64,000 nucleotides of DNA, taken from positions 64,001 to 128,000 of the forward strand of contig CAVSHR010000004.1 in assembly GCA_963727625.1 (NCBI GenBank), in the 5' to 3' direction. The first letter of the stretch is position 1; each line of letters starts with the position of its first letter. The notes under the pieces are model-generated. The model worked only from the letters and a program-made list of their open reading frames with translations, had not been told where the DNA came from and made no database searches. Below are positions 30,611-40,843 of the stretch, one piece after another. Source of the DNA: an uncultured delta proteobacterium. GTDB lineage: Bacteria > Desulfobacterota > Binatia > UBA9968. The translations under genes were made by a program, and so were the position numbers.

Positions 30611-31458
30611 TGCTACGTCGATTCCGCTTGGAGGAGCCGGAAACGGTCGCTGAAGCATCGGAGCTATTGGGACGATTCGGTGAAAGCGCGAGGATTTACG
30701 CGGGTGGCACGGAGTTACTTCTGGCGATGAAAGAGGGGTTGGTGCAGTACGAGCGGCTGGTCAATCTCAAAAAGTTGACGGGTTTGAGCGAAGTTGAGCA
30801 AGATGGCAGCAAGATTCGCATCGGCGCCCTTTGCACGCATCACCAATTGGAAGGTTCCGCGTTGTTGCAACAGAAACTGCCGGCGCTGGTTAAGCTGGAG
30901 CAAAATGTCGCCAACGTCCGCGTGCGGCAAGCCGGCACGTTCGGCGGCAACCTTTGCTTCGCCGAGCCGCATGCAGACCCCGGCACGCTCCTGATGGCGC
31001 TTGGCGCCACCCTGGTTGCGGCCAAGGCGACGAGCCAGCGCGAAATCGCCGCCCAAGAATTCTTCGTAGATGCCTATGAAACTTCGCTGCAAGCAGACGA
31101 AGTGCTAACGGAAATTTGCGTGCCTTTACCGTCGGCCGATTTCCGCAGCGCTTACTTGAAATTCGGCTATCTAGAGCGGCCGAGCGTCGGTGTCGCGGTG
31201 GCCTTTAAGTTAAACGGCGGTCTGAGCAATGTTCGCGTCGCCGTCGGTTGCGCCGGACCGGCGCCGCGCCGAGTGGAGGAGGCCGAGGCCATGCTCGAAG
31301 GCAAGAGCCGAGAAGAGGCGCAAAAAAAATTGACGCCGGCGGGTGCGGTGGCTGGACGAGCGGCCGAGGCGATCAGTGATCTGCATGGCTCGCAAGAGTA
31401 TAAAGAACATATCGTCGGGGTCCTGCTGAGGCGGGCCTTTCAGAACGCTATCGAGTGA
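30610..31458 (+). CDS. Xanthine/CO dehydrogenase-family FAD subunit (CoxM-like)
   Basis: AGGTEL, IRIGAL, VRQAGTFGGNL, SDLHGSQEYK. Confidence 0.9.
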   Translation: MLRRFRLEEPETVAEASELLGRFGESARIYAGGTELLLAMKEGLVQYERLVNLKKLTGLSEVEQDGSKIRIGALCTHHQLEGSALLQQKLPALVKLEQNVANVRVRQAGTFGGNLCFAEPHADPGTLLMALGATLVAAKATSQREIAAQEFFVDAYETSLQADEVLTEICVPLPSADFRSAYLKFGYLERPSVGVAVAFKLNGGLSNVRVAVGCAGPAPRRVEEAEAMLEGKSREEAQKKLTPAGAVAGRAAEAISDLHGSQEYKEHIVGVLLRRAFQNAIE

Positions 31459-31492
31459 CCGCGAGACGGAGTTTCGATCAGGGGGGGATTGA

Positions 31493-32002
31493 ATGGCCAC
31501 AGCGATGATGAAAAGTTCCGATATGCAATTAATTCCGGTGTCCTTTACTTTAAACGGCCGGTTACAGGAAATCGACGTCGAGCCGCACGAATTATTGCTT
31601 GATGTCGTGCGTGAGCGATTGGGGCTTACCGGCGCCAAGCGCTCTTGCGACGTGCAGGTTTGCGGCGCTTGCACACTGCTCCTCGACGGGCGGCCGGTCA
31701 GCGCCTGCACGACCCTTGCTTTCGAAGTGCGCGGCCGCTCGGTGTTGACCATCGAAGGCTTGGCGGACGGCGACGAGCTTCATCCCTTACAGCAGGCTTT
31801 TATCGAGCACGGCGGCTTTCAGTGCGGGTTTTGCACCCCGGGGATGATCTTAGCTGCCAAGGCTCTGTTGGATGAGAATCCGAACCCTAGCGAAAACGAG
31901 CTCAAACATTTCATGCACGGCAACTTGTGCCGCTGCACCGGCTACAAGAAGATCATCGAATCGATCATGGCCGCGGCGCAGAAGATGCGGTCAAAGGCTT
32001 AG
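31493..32002 (+). CDS. Xanthine/CO dehydrogenase-family 2Fe-2S subunit (CoxS-like)
   Basis: CDVQVCGACT, QCGFCTPG, NLCRCTGY. Confidence 0.92.
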   Translation: MATAMMKSSDMQLIPVSFTLNGRLQEIDVEPHELLLDVVRERLGLTGAKRSCDVQVCGACTLLLDGRPVSACTTLAFEVRGRSVLTIEGLADGDELHPLQQAFIEHGGFQCGFCTPGMILAAKALLDENPNPSENELKHFMHGNLCRCTGYKKIIESIMAAAQKMRSKA

Positions 32003-32004
32003 AG

Positions 32005-32121
32005 GTTCAAAAGAGTTCAAGCCGTTTAATTCGTTTTTGGAAGAGGGGCGTGCAAATGGCTGAACGCCTTGGCTTTCCCAACGGTTTGAGCGATTTGAAC
32101 TACTTGAACATCTTGAACTCT
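32005..32121. repeat. GTTCAA/TTGAAC palindromic element (locus 3) between convergent genes
   Basis: GTTCAA 32005, 32015, GTTTAA 32024; TTGAGC 32086, TTGAAC 32095, 32104, 32113. Confidence 0.8.
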
Positions 32122-32126
32122 TCCGG

Positions 32127-33548
32127 TTAATCTTCGATCCCGTATTCCTTCCAGCGCTTCGCGACCAAATCCAAATGTTCCTTCGGTGGTAACGAGATCG
32201 CCGGGTATTTGTGCTTCCTGGTGGCGTCGATCGCGACGCGAGAACCGACGTAGCGACTCGGGTGATGCTGCAACACGTCGGCCGGTGCCTGGGAGGGGTC
32301 GAGGCCAACAGCCTGAACGTCGCGTTCAATGTAGACATCCTTTTCGGGACGGACATGCCAACTCAGCGCCCAATCGACGGCAAAATCGTCCCAGACATCG
32401 ACATCGTGGTCGACGACGACGGTGATCTTGCCAAAACCCGTGCGTTGCGACCAGGCGCCGTACATGAGCTGGCGGACCTGACCGTCGAACTGTTTGTTGA
32501 GCGAAATGACCAAATAAGCGCCGCTGCCACCCGCTTCCTTCAATCTTAAATCCTTGATCGGAATGCGCAGCGTGTCTTTCAAATGCTTAAACAGCGGCCA
32601 CTCGCGGCCGACGCCGCGAATGCAGCTCGACTCCGACGGCGGCATTTGGCTGATGAAGGCTTGATAGAGCGGCTTGTGGCGGAAGGTCATGCATTTAATG
32701 TTGAAGAACGGCTCGTTGCCGGCGGGGCCCATGTAACCCGTGTATTCACCGAACGGACCTTCATGTTCGACGGCGTTGGCAGGGATTTCCCCCTCAAGAA
32801 CGATCTCTGCGCTTGCCGGCACTTCCAACGGTACGGTTTCACAGGGCACAAGATCGACCGCCTCGCCGCGTAACGCGCCGGCCACCGCGAACTCGTCCAA
32901 CGCCTCCGACATTTTAGACACCGACACGTAGCCGATGGTCGGATCGGCACCAATGACGACGGCCAATGGCGTCGGTTTGTTTTGTGCGTTGTTCTTGTAG
33001 ATATGCCACGCCATGTCTTGGCGCTTACCGATCAACAGACCCGTCTTATTCGGACCTTTGACCTGCATGCGATAGGTGCCGACATTACGCACGCCGGTTT
33101 CCGGATCTTTGGTGATCAGATAAGGGGAGGTGAAGAACGGCGCGGGATCTTCGCCGACGGTCCAAGTCGGCACGGGCAGCTTGGTGATGTCCACGTCTTT
33201 GCCGTGCAGAATATTTTCCTTGCAGGGCGCTTGCTTGACGAGCCTTGGTGGAATGGGATTCTCCAGCGCATTATCCCATTTGCGGTTGATGCCTTCGACC
33301 GAATCGGCCTCGAGTCCGAGGGCGTAAATCTCACGCGACGCGCCGAGCACGCCGGCGACCACAGGAATGTCAAAACCTTTGACATTTTCGAAGACGAGCG
33401 CCGGGCGCTTGCTCGGCGAAATTTTCTTGAAAAGTTGCCGGCAGACGGCGGCGATTTCCCAGTCCTTGTCGACCTCCTTGGTGACCCGTCTGAGTTTGCC
33501 CTGCTTTTCAAGCGCGGCGACATAATCGCGGAGATCGCGGTAAGCCAT
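32127..33548 (-). CDS. UbiD-family prenyl-FMN decarboxylase
   Basis: MAYRDLRDY, NVGTYRMQ, AEIVLEG, EGPFGEYTGY, LDPS, IDATRK. Confidence 0.92.
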   Translation of the reverse strand: MAYRDLRDYVAALEKQGKLRRVTKEVDKDWEIAAVCRQLFKKISPSKRPALVFENVKGFDIPVVAGVLGASREIYALGLEADSVEGINRKWDNALENPIPPRLVKQAPCKENILHGKDVDITKLPVPTWTVGEDPAPFFTSPYLITKDPETGVRNVGTYRMQVKGPNKTGLLIGKRQDMAWHIYKNNAQNKPTPLAVVIGADPTIGYVSVSKMSEALDEFAVAGALRGEAVDLVPCETVPLEVPASAEIVLEGEIPANAVEHEGPFGEYTGYMGPAGNEPFFNIKCMTFRHKPLYQAFISQMPPSESSCIRGVGREWPLFKHLKDTLRIPIKDLRLKEAGGSGAYLVISLNKQFDGQVRQLMYGAWSQRTGFGKITVVVDHDVDVWDDFAVDWALSWHVRPEKDVYIERDVQAVGLDPSQAPADVLQHHPSRYVGSRVAIDATRKHKYPAISLPPKEHLDLVAKRWKEYGIED

Positions 33549-33763
33549 GAATCCTCCCCAGAACCGATGACTGTCAGTGAAATATTTTTTTCGTATACTA
33601 GACGCAAATCGTTTACATATCAACGTTCGCGATATGAAAGAACGCCAAAACGACAGGAAAGCTGCGGCCCCAGTACGCGCGCATAGCTCTAAGGCAAGAG
33701 AAAGTAAAGCCGTACAAGCGCAAAGAACCGGTAACTAGAGAAGGCAGGCGCGCGCAACGGTTT

Positions 33764-34687
33764 TTAGGCTCTAATTTCAGCGCGCATGAAGATGATATAG
33801 GATATACCAAAGCACACGGCGACCAACGCAAAGAGTGTCGTGATGTGCGGCCAGATTAAATTCAAGCTTTGATCCAGGGCCAACGGCGTCGGGAGGATTC
33901 CTTCGGCTTGGCTCTGCAGGGCTACGCCAAAGACGCGGGCCGCGGGATTAAGCAAAATGCTGACGCTTTCGGAGAACAGCGTGCTCGGTGAAATCCGGTC
34001 GACGACGTTTTCGATATCGGCGCGGCGGGCGATGGCCTCGGGAGTGGTGGCGTCCGGAACGATCATGCCGGAGATCGCCGAGCTGAACACCGAGACAAAC
34101 AACGTTAAGAAAAGCCAGACCGCTATCGACGCCAAGGCGGCGGTGACGGTTTTTTGAAATACCAATGAAAAGAGCATCGCGAGGGCGAGCCAGAAGCCGA
34201 CGTAGAATACTCCCACGGTCGTGAAGATCAGCATGCGCCAGAGCTCCTCGGCATTGGGTGGAAACCCCAGCAGTGTGATGCCGAGGCCGATCACCAGCAG
34301 CAGGATCGAACCCCAGAGAACCGCGACGGTGGTGAGGCCGGCGAGAAACTTGCCGTTGATGAAACTGTCCCGATAGATTGGTTGTGAGAGCACTCGACTG
34401 AGCGTGCCGCGCGCGTATTCGCCGCTGATGGAATCGAATCCCAGGGTGATGCCGACCAGCGGCCCAAAAAAACCGAGAAATGTCGCCAAAGAAAATATCG
34501 ACTCGCCGCTGGAGGTCAAGAGCAGAAGAAATGCGTATTGCGGGGGCACCGTATCGGTATTTTGCCGGATCGCCTGGCCGGTGGCATAGGTGGCCCAGAG
34601 CCCCGATAAGATGATAATGATCAGCAGGATCATGAAACGGCGGCTGCTAAAGTGATCGGCCAATTCTTTCCAGAACACCACACTCAT
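33764..34687 (-). CDS. ABC-2 type permease
   Basis: KELADH, LGFDSISGEYARGTLSRVLSQPIYR, GKFLAG. Confidence 0.88.
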   Translation of the reverse strand: MSVVFWKELADHFSSRRFMILLIIIILSGLWATYATGQAIRQNTDTVPPQYAFLLLLTSSGESIFSLATFLGFFGPLVGITLGFDSISGEYARGTLSRVLSQPIYRDSFINGKFLAGLTTVAVLWGSILLLVIGLGITLLGFPPNAEELWRMLIFTTVGVFYVGFWLALAMLFSLVFQKTVTAALASIAVWLFLTLFVSVFSSAISGMIVPDATTPEAIARRADIENVVDRISPSTLFSESVSILLNPAARVFGVALQSQAEGILPTPLALDQSLNLIWPHITTLFALVAVCFGISYIIFMRAEIRA

Positions 34688-34691
34688 GTTT

Positions 34692-35624
34692 TTAGGCCTC
34701 GCGGAAATATTTTAGATAGATCTCTTCCAAGGTCGGGTCTTCGGAGCGCAGTTGGAGCAGCTGCAGCCCCTTGCGCGTGACCAGAGCGACAACCTCCCGG
34801 CGCACGTCCTGGGTGCAGCGCAGAAACCACCCGTTGGGCCGCGCTTCGATCTCATCGACGCCATGAATGCTTTGCAGATCGCGGTCCAAACCGTTGGTGT
34901 CGCCGCTGACATCGAGCAAGAAATTCCATTCGCGGCCTTTCAGGATCGCTTTGCCCAGGTCGTCCATCTGGCCTTGAACGATGAGTTTTCCTTTGACGAT
35001 GATACCGATACGGGTACAAATCTGCTGAACCTGCTGCAATTGATGCGAAGACAACATCACGGTCAGTCCGTACTCGCGGTTCAAATTTTTGATCAGTTCA
35101 AGAATGCGGATGGCACCGTCGGGGTCGATGCCCAGGGTCGGTTCGTCAAGAATGATCGCTTTGGGATTTTTTATCAAAACTTCGGCGATGCCCAAGCGCT
35201 GTTTCATGCCGCGGGAAAATTCTTTCACCCAGCGCCGGCTGTCGTCGGCGAGGCCGACCTGCTCCAAAACCTGGGAAGCGCGCCGGCGCGTCTCGTCTTC
35301 CGGAATGCGGTTGAGCCGCGCCATGTAAAGCAGATTCTCTCTGGCGCTGATGTCGTCGTAGAAGCCCGGATTTTCCGGAAGGTAGCCGACCCGTCGTTTG
35401 ACGTCCAACGATTCATGAGTCGGGTTGAAACCGCACACGGAGACCTGGCCTGAAGTCGGTTCAGTCAAGCCAAGCAACATCAATATGGTCGTAGTTTTGC
35501 CGGCGCCGTTGGGACCGAGGAATCCGAATACCTCGCCTTCCTGCACCGTCAGGTTGAGGGCGTTGACCGCGAGTTTTTCGCGGTAACGCTTGGTCAAGTC
35601 TTTGGTTTCGACAACAGCGCTCAT
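34692..35624 (-). CDS. ABC transporter ATP-binding protein
   Basis: GPNGAGKTT, FSRGMKQRL, ILDEPT, SSH. Confidence 0.93.
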   Translation of the reverse strand: MSAVVETKDLTKRYREKLAVNALNLTVQEGEVFGFLGPNGAGKTTTILMLLGLTEPTSGQVSVCGFNPTHESLDVKRRVGYLPENPGFYDDISARENLLYMARLNRIPEDETRRRASQVLEQVGLADDSRRWVKEFSRGMKQRLGIAEVLIKNPKAIILDEPTLGIDPDGAIRILELIKNLNREYGLTVMLSSHQLQQVQQICTRIGIIVKGKLIVQGQMDDLGKAILKGREWNFLLDVSGDTNGLDRDLQSIHGVDEIEARPNGWFLRCTQDVRREVVALVTRKGLQLLQLRSEDPTLEEIYLKYFREA

Positions 35625-36865
35625 CGACGGCCCAGACGGAAAAACACCGCAGCCAGCCCAAGCACGACCAGACCGACGATGCCAAAACCGATCCAGCCCC
35701 AGATCGTCGGGGTGGAAACAGTCACGCGAAACTCGGCTGATTTATTTGCCTCCACGGAATTCGCGGTAAGCGTCAACATATAATCGCCGGCGATGGTTCG
35801 GTCCGGCGCCAAAATATCCATTTTGATCTGGCGCACTTCACCGGGGCCCAACGAATCGATCTTCTCCGGCTTGAATTCGACGGTCCATTTGTCGCTGGGT
35901 TTTTTGGTGACAAAACTGAGGTTGCGAATCGGCGCCGTGCCGGCGTTGCCGACGACGAAGTCGATCGCGGTTTTCGTTCCGGCGATCACCGACGTATTGA
36001 GGGTGCCCGCCAGCGTACCCATTTTCAGATCTTGGGTGCCTTTCAACGAAACTTTGACACTCGTCGATGCCTCGTAGGCGCCGGCACGCGCGGAGATCGT
36101 GACCGGATATTCCTTGGCGTCGGCGGTGGCGGGAGTGTCGATCTCCACGCTCAAGGTTTCCGATCCGTTTTCTTTGACTTGAATCGACGAGATTTGCTGA
36201 TCGCCGAACTGCGGCTTGAAACGCACGTTCCAACCTTGCGGCGCTTTCGCGACTAAAGAAGTCGGCAGCGGTTTGTTGGTTTCATTTTTCAGGTCGATGG
36301 TAAATTTTAAAGTCTGCCCGGAGCCGGCGCTGAGCACAGGGTATTGACTGCTGAGCTTGATGCCGCCGGTTTCAATCTTCTTGGAGGTTACTCGGTAATT
36401 GATTGTTTCAACGTACCGAGTGGTTCCCTTGGTGTCTTTCGCCGTCACCTTGATCGGGTAAGTTCCCGGTTTAGTCTTTTCGGGAACTTTGGCTTTGAAC
36501 TCAAGGGTGGTCGATTTGTTCGCAGTTTGATCGCCGCCTTGCACCATGACCGAGCGCACTGGAAAGCTCGGATATCTCGAGTTGAAGTTGACCTCCCAAC
36601 CGGCAGGAACGCCTTCAATCATCAGACTGACCTCCACCGGTTCCTTGGTTCGGTTAACGATCTCAGCGTCCATCGTGGCGTCTTGTCCCTGACCCACGGT
36701 GAGATCCTTGAACGGTAGGATCAGGTTGAATGATTCTTTTGACGGGGGCGCAGCAGTCGTCTCGGCGGCTAAGCCGATCGAAATAAAACTCGCTGAGAAA
36801 ACCAAACACAAGGCGAACAGCAGCGAAAACTTCGGCAGGCGCGGTCTGATTGCCCCGACCCTCAT
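35621..36865 (-). CDS. Exported Ig-like repeat (NEW3-type) protein with C-terminal anchor, partner of the ABC system
   Basis: Signal peptide; repeated P.GW.V.F beta-rich domains; C-terminal TM ending FRLGRR. Confidence 0.75.
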   Translation of the reverse strand: MRVGAIRPRLPKFSLLFALCLVFSASFISIGLAAETTAAPPSKESFNLILPFKDLTVGQGQDATMDAEIVNRTKEPVEVSLMIEGVPAGWEVNFNSRYPSFPVRSVMVQGGDQTANKSTTLEFKAKVPEKTKPGTYPIKVTAKDTKGTTRYVETINYRVTSKKIETGGIKLSSQYPVLSAGSGQTLKFTIDLKNETNKPLPTSLVAKAPQGWNVRFKPQFGDQQISSIQVKENGSETLSVEIDTPATADAKEYPVTISARAGAYEASTSVKVSLKGTQDLKMGTLAGTLNTSVIAGTKTAIDFVVGNAGTAPIRNLSFVTKKPSDKWTVEFKPEKIDSLGPGEVRQIKMDILAPDRTIAGDYMLTLTANSVEANKSAEFRVTVSTPTIWGWIGFGIVGLVVLGLAAVFFRLGRR

Positions 36866-36942
36866 ATCAACCCCCTCGTTAGTAAAAAAATTATTTTGAT
36901 AGATAACCGTTATCATTACGACCGTCAAGGGCCTTTAGCGGT

Positions 36943-37395
36943 TTAAGCTCTTCCGAGTTGGCGCAACCCTTCGTAAAGCACGATGGAAACCGCATTGGAA
37001 AGATTGAGGCTGCGCACTCCGCTGCCCATCATCGGAATTCGCAGCGCGCGCGCGGGATCGCGATCAATAAATGCCTGCGGCAAGCCCCGCGTTTCGGGGC
37101 CAAACACGAGAAAGTCATCGTCGTGATAGTGTATCGCCGAATAGGATTTGCTCGCGCGCTTGGAGAAAAACCACAGTTGCCGCGGCGCCGCAGCGTCGAG
37201 AAAACACTGCCAGGATGGATGCACATTCAAGTCGACGAACTCCCAATAGTCGAGCCCGGCGCGTTTTAAATGTTTGTCATCGATTTTGAACCCCAGGGGC
37301 TCGATCAAATGAAGCGGCGTGAGAGTCGCGGCGCACAGGCGCGCCACGCTGCCGGTGTTGGGCGGAATCTCGGGTTGGTACAAGACTACTTGCAC
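36943..37395 (-). CDS. trmL: tRNA (cytidine34-2'-O)-methyltransferase
   Basis: [34 protein letters not shown]. Confidence 0.95.
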   Translation of the reverse strand: MQVVLYQPEIPPNTGSVARLCAATLTPLHLIEPLGFKIDDKHLKRAGLDYWEFVDLNVHPSWQCFLDAAAPRQLWFFSKRASKSYSAIHYHDDDFLVFGPETRGLPQAFIDRDPARALRIPMMGSGVRSLNLSNAVSIVLYEGLRQLGRA

Positions 37396-37835
37396 GGCGC
37401 GCTTTCCAGCACCAAGGTTACCGGGCCGTCGTTTACCAGCGACACTTCCATGTGCGCTTGAAAACGCCCGGTGGCGACAACCAGGCCGGAGTCGCGTAAA
37501 CGCTGCGCGAAACGCCGGTACAATCGTTCGGCTCGCTCGGCGGGCGCCGCGCCGGCAAAAGAGGGGCGATTGCCTTTTCGGCAGTCGCCGTACAGGGTGA
37601 ACTGCGAAACCACCAGGAGCGCGCCGCCGGTGTCCGTCACCGATCGGTTCATTTTTCCTTGTTCGTCGTCGAAAATACGGAGGGATTTGATTTTGTCGGC
37701 GAAACTGTCGGCGTCCTCATCGTCGTCTTCCGTGCCGACGCCCAGGAAAACGCACAGGCCGGCGCCGATCTTGCCGACAATTAGATTGGCTACAGAGACT
37801 GTTGCTTGGGAAACTCTTTGAACGACGACGCGCAC
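37386..37835 (-). CDS. dtd: D-aminoacyl-tRNA deacylase
   Basis: [32 protein letters not shown]; GTG start. Confidence 0.95.
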   Translation of the reverse strand: MRVVVQRVSQATVSVANLIVGKIGAGLCVFLGVGTEDDDEDADSFADKIKSLRIFDDEQGKMNRSVTDTGGALLVVSQFTLYGDCRKGNRPSFAGAAPAERAERLYRRFAQRLRDSGLVVATGRFQAHMEVSLVNDGPVTLVLESAPCK

Positions 37836-38002
37836 GGTACGTTGAATCAGTCCTCGAATAAGACGGCATGTCCCGAGCGACGCAAGCCGGTGACCCGTCA
37901 CTGCTCGGCTCCGTCCCCACTATCAAACTGTTAACAGAGATTGTTCCTGGTGACAACAATGTCGAAGATGTTAGTATCCGATGATCTTTTGCCTGTGATT
38001 CC

Positions 38003-38749
38003 ATGCGTACACGGAGAGTTTTGCGGTTATTTTTGCCCGCCTTCTTTGCGGCATTTCTCCTGCCTCGGGTTTTCCCGATGGATTTGGGCCGAGCTTTCGC
38101 ATTCGAGGCGGCTTCTCAGGCCGGCAGCCTCGAAGGCAAAGTAATTCTCGCTGCGCTGTTTAAAAAAACTCGGCCGTTGCGGGTATTTAAGAACCGTGAT
38201 TTTTGCGGCGCCACGGTGGTTAACGAGACCCTGCTGGTGGGCGCCGAGGGCGGCCTGCGAAACGCCGTCGTTCTACTGCATTCGCTTGCGGCGAAGGCCG
38301 TAACGCGCCCGATGTTTTTGACGCTCGACAATCAGCGCTGTCGTTTCGCGCCTCATGTCCAAGTCGCCACGATTGGCAGCGAGCTGCTATTGACCAACAG
38401 CGATCCGATTCTCCACACCGTGCATGCGCGATTGGGAGCCGAGACTTTGTTTAACGTCGGTCTGCCGATATGGCGCCGGGTCAGCAAATTGCTCGACCGC
38501 GTCGGCATGATTAGAATCAACTGCGATGTCTTGCACACCTGGATGAGCGCCGCGATCGTGGTCACCAATACGCCATACTTTGCATTGACCGACGCCGCCG
38601 GCCGCTTCAGGATCGACGGCCTGCCCGCCGGTGAGTATGAAATGGAAACGTGGCATGAGATTTTGGGATCGCGCCGGATGCTCGTTTCAGTTGCACCCGA
38701 TGCTCTGAGCAATGTCGAGGTGATTTATTCCCCGGCAAAAATCCGTTAG
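38003..38749 (+). CDS. Exported protein with cupredoxin-like and carboxypeptidase-regulatory-like domains
   Basis: CRFAPHV, NSDPILHTVH, CDVLHTWM, GRFRIDGLPAGEY..WHE. Confidence 0.7.
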   Translation: MRTRRVLRLFLPAFFAAFLLPRVFPMDLGRAFAFEAASQAGSLEGKVILAALFKKTRPLRVFKNRDFCGATVVNETLLVGAEGGLRNAVVLLHSLAAKAVTRPMFLTLDNQRCRFAPHVQVATIGSELLLTNSDPILHTVHARLGAETLFNVGLPIWRRVSKLLDRVGMIRINCDVLHTWMSAAIVVTNTPYFALTDAAGRFRIDGLPAGEYEMETWHEILGSRRMLVSVAPDALSNVEVIYSPAKIR

Positions 38750-38805
38750 TACTAGATGGCGGCAGGGGACATGATATCCTCGCTCGCATTGGTGGATTCA
38801 TTGCG

Positions 38806-39588
38806 ATGTATCCCGTAATCTTTCAATTCGGTCCGATCACGATTTACAGCTTTGGCCTCTTCATGGCGCTGGCGGCGCTGTCGGCGGCCTGGGTGGTTCA
38901 CACCGAGCTCAAGCGCAGAGGGTTTGATCCCGAGGTCGCCTCAACGATGGTTTTCGCCGCGGCCATCGGCGGATTGGTCGGCGCGCGGCTTTTGTTCATT
39001 GTCGAAGAGTGGAGCAATTTTCTCGCCGCGCCCTTAAGCTTTATCTTCACGGGCGCCGGTTTTACCTGGTACGGCGGTTTTCTAGGCGGAACCGCCGCGG
39101 TTTCCTGGGTGGTTAGGAAAAACAAAATTCCTTGGCTCGTCGGCGCCGATATCGCCGCTCCTGCCTTGGCGATCGCCTACGGCGTGGGGCGCATCGGTTG
39201 CCACGTGGCCGGCGACGGCGATTGGGGAAAGGTCACCGACATGCCGTGGGGCGTTGCCTATACCAACGCGATCATCGGCTGGGTCAATCCGACAACCGGA
39301 ATTCCGTATCCGCCGGGTGTGCGCGTCCATCCCACGCCCCTTTACGAATTCGGCGAATCGGTGATCGTGTTCGCGGTTCTCTGGTCGATGCGGAAGCGGG
39401 GCTACGCTCCCGGAACGCTGGCGTGGCTCTACCTGATACTTGCCGGTTTTGCACGTTTTATCGTCGAGTTTTGGCGCATCAATCCGGCGCTGGGATGGGG
39501 GCTCAGCGAATCCCAATGGTTCAGTCTCGGGCTGATCGCGCTTGGGTTATTTCTCCTCGCCACGCGATCGGTCAGGGCGGCAACTTGA
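38806..39588 (+). CDS. lgt: Prolipoprotein diacylglyceryl transferase
   Basis: GARL, GFTWYGG, GRIGC, HPTPLYE, RFIVEFWR. Confidence 0.92.
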   Translation: MYPVIFQFGPITIYSFGLFMALAALSAAWVVHTELKRRGFDPEVASTMVFAAAIGGLVGARLLFIVEEWSNFLAAPLSFIFTGAGFTWYGGFLGGTAAVSWVVRKNKIPWLVGADIAAPALAIAYGVGRIGCHVAGDGDWGKVTDMPWGVAYTNAIIGWVNPTTGIPYPPGVRVHPTPLYEFGESVIVFAVLWSMRKRGYAPGTLAWLYLILAGFARFIVEFWRINPALGWGLSESQWFSLGLIALGLFLLATRSVRAAT

Positions 39589-39627
39589 AATCGGATCAAT
39601 TGCTAGGCACACTTCGGCGCAGTGTTG

Positions 39628-40026
39628 ATGAAACGATATATCGTCATATTCAGCTGTCTGTCGGTGTTTTACGCTGGAGCCGATTGGGCCTTTGTGGGTT
39701 GTCGTAATCTCGCCGGCGACGGCGCCTGGCATCATCACGCCGCAGAAACAGCTTCGCCGCGTCCACCAGACGCGCCGCCGTCCCACCATAACCATTCGGT
39801 TCCGGGCAAGATCCACTGCTTGAATTTTTTCGGCGAGTTTCTTCAGAGCGCACGGGTAACGGTCAATCCGGATCGCGGCTCGGTCAGCTACACCACCCGG
39901 GGCGGAATGCAGCTCAGTGGCAATCTTGCCGGCGCGATACCGCAACATTGGATCAATGGTCCGCCCGATTCAGGCACTGTAAAAACTTTTCCGCGCCATC
40001 TGCTTCTTTCTGTGCTCCGCATCTAA
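39628..40026 (+). CDS. His-rich leader-like ORF 1 heading the copper operon
   Basis: Hydrophobic N-terminus, WAFVGCR, HHH, HHNH, KIHC, C-terminal GPP...PRHLLLSVLRI; paralogous to 44425 and 56962 ORFs. Confidence 0.65.
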   Translation: MKRYIVIFSCLSVFYAGADWAFVGCRNLAGDGAWHHHAAETASPRPPDAPPSHHNHSVPGKIHCLNFFGEFLQSARVTVNPDRGSVSYTTRGGMQLSGNLAGAIPQHWINGPPDSGTVKTFPRHLLLSVLRI

Positions 40027-40051
40027 CGCCGTGCTGCCGGCGGTTTTTTTT
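40027..40051 (+). terminator. Intrinsic terminator immediately after leader ORF 1 (possible attenuator)
   Basis: CGCCG-TGCTGC-CGGCG-G-T8 begins at the first base after the stop codon. Confidence 0.7.
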
Positions 40052-40145
40052 CACTGTCTCCCATAAAATTTGTTTAAGCGAGCAATCGGGAGCATTGGCG
40101 GTCCGACGTTTACAGGTCCGGCTCGCGATCTATCGAGGATCAACT

Positions 40146-40832
40146 ATGCACTTTCGACAATGGACGACGATTGTCGTCTCGATATTCTCATTGTTTAGCG
40201 CTGCGGTATCGGTAAGAGCCCACGGCGAAGGCAAGACACAGGGACCGGGCGAGTCGAGCGCCGAGCTACATCATCCCGCGGATTGGCGCTTCAGCATGCC
40301 GCGGGGCGATGCCGCCAAGGGGCGCCAGGTTTTTCAAAAATTCGAATGTTACGACTGCCACGAAGTGCGAGGGGAAAACTTTCCTTTCCCTACGGACATC
40401 AGCGCACCCGAGTTAAGTCAAATGGGATCCTTACACCCAATGGAGTTCTTTGCAGAGTCGGTGATCAATCCCGACGCCGTCGTTCCGAAACAGTATCGTG
40501 ACGCGGAGGGGAAGTCGCCCATGTCCCGCTATCACATCGACAAAATGACCCTGAGGGAATTTATCGATCTAACAACTTTTATCGCTTCCCTGAAGCCTCC
40601 TGCCGCCGCGAAGAGAGTGACCGGCCTCGGAAAAATCATCGCGATCACGACCTCGACTGGCGAGTTGGTACTCGACCACGAGCGTCTCCAAGGATTCATG
40701 GACGCGATGACCATGGGCTATAAGGTCAGCGCGCCGAAACTACTTGATGGCCTCAAACCCGGCGACAGGGTTTCGTTTACCCTCGACACCTCGCGCCGTG
40801 TCATCACTAAGATCGAAAAGGTAAAGCATTAA
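40146..40832 (+). CDS. Cytochrome c - CusF fusion
   Basis: Signal peptide; GDAAKGRQVF..CYDCH; C-terminal LDHERLQGFMDAMTMGYKV...LKPGDRVSF. Confidence 0.8.
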   Translation: MHFRQWTTIVVSIFSLFSAAVSVRAHGEGKTQGPGESSAELHHPADWRFSMPRGDAAKGRQVFQKFECYDCHEVRGENFPFPTDISAPELSQMGSLHPMEFFAESVINPDAVVPKQYRDAEGKSPMSRYHIDKMTLREFIDLTTFIASLKPPAAAKRVTGLGKIIAITTSTGELVLDHERLQGFMDAMTMGYKVSAPKLLDGLKPGDRVSFTLDTSRRVITKIEKVKH

Positions 40833-40843
40833 CGAGAGGATTT

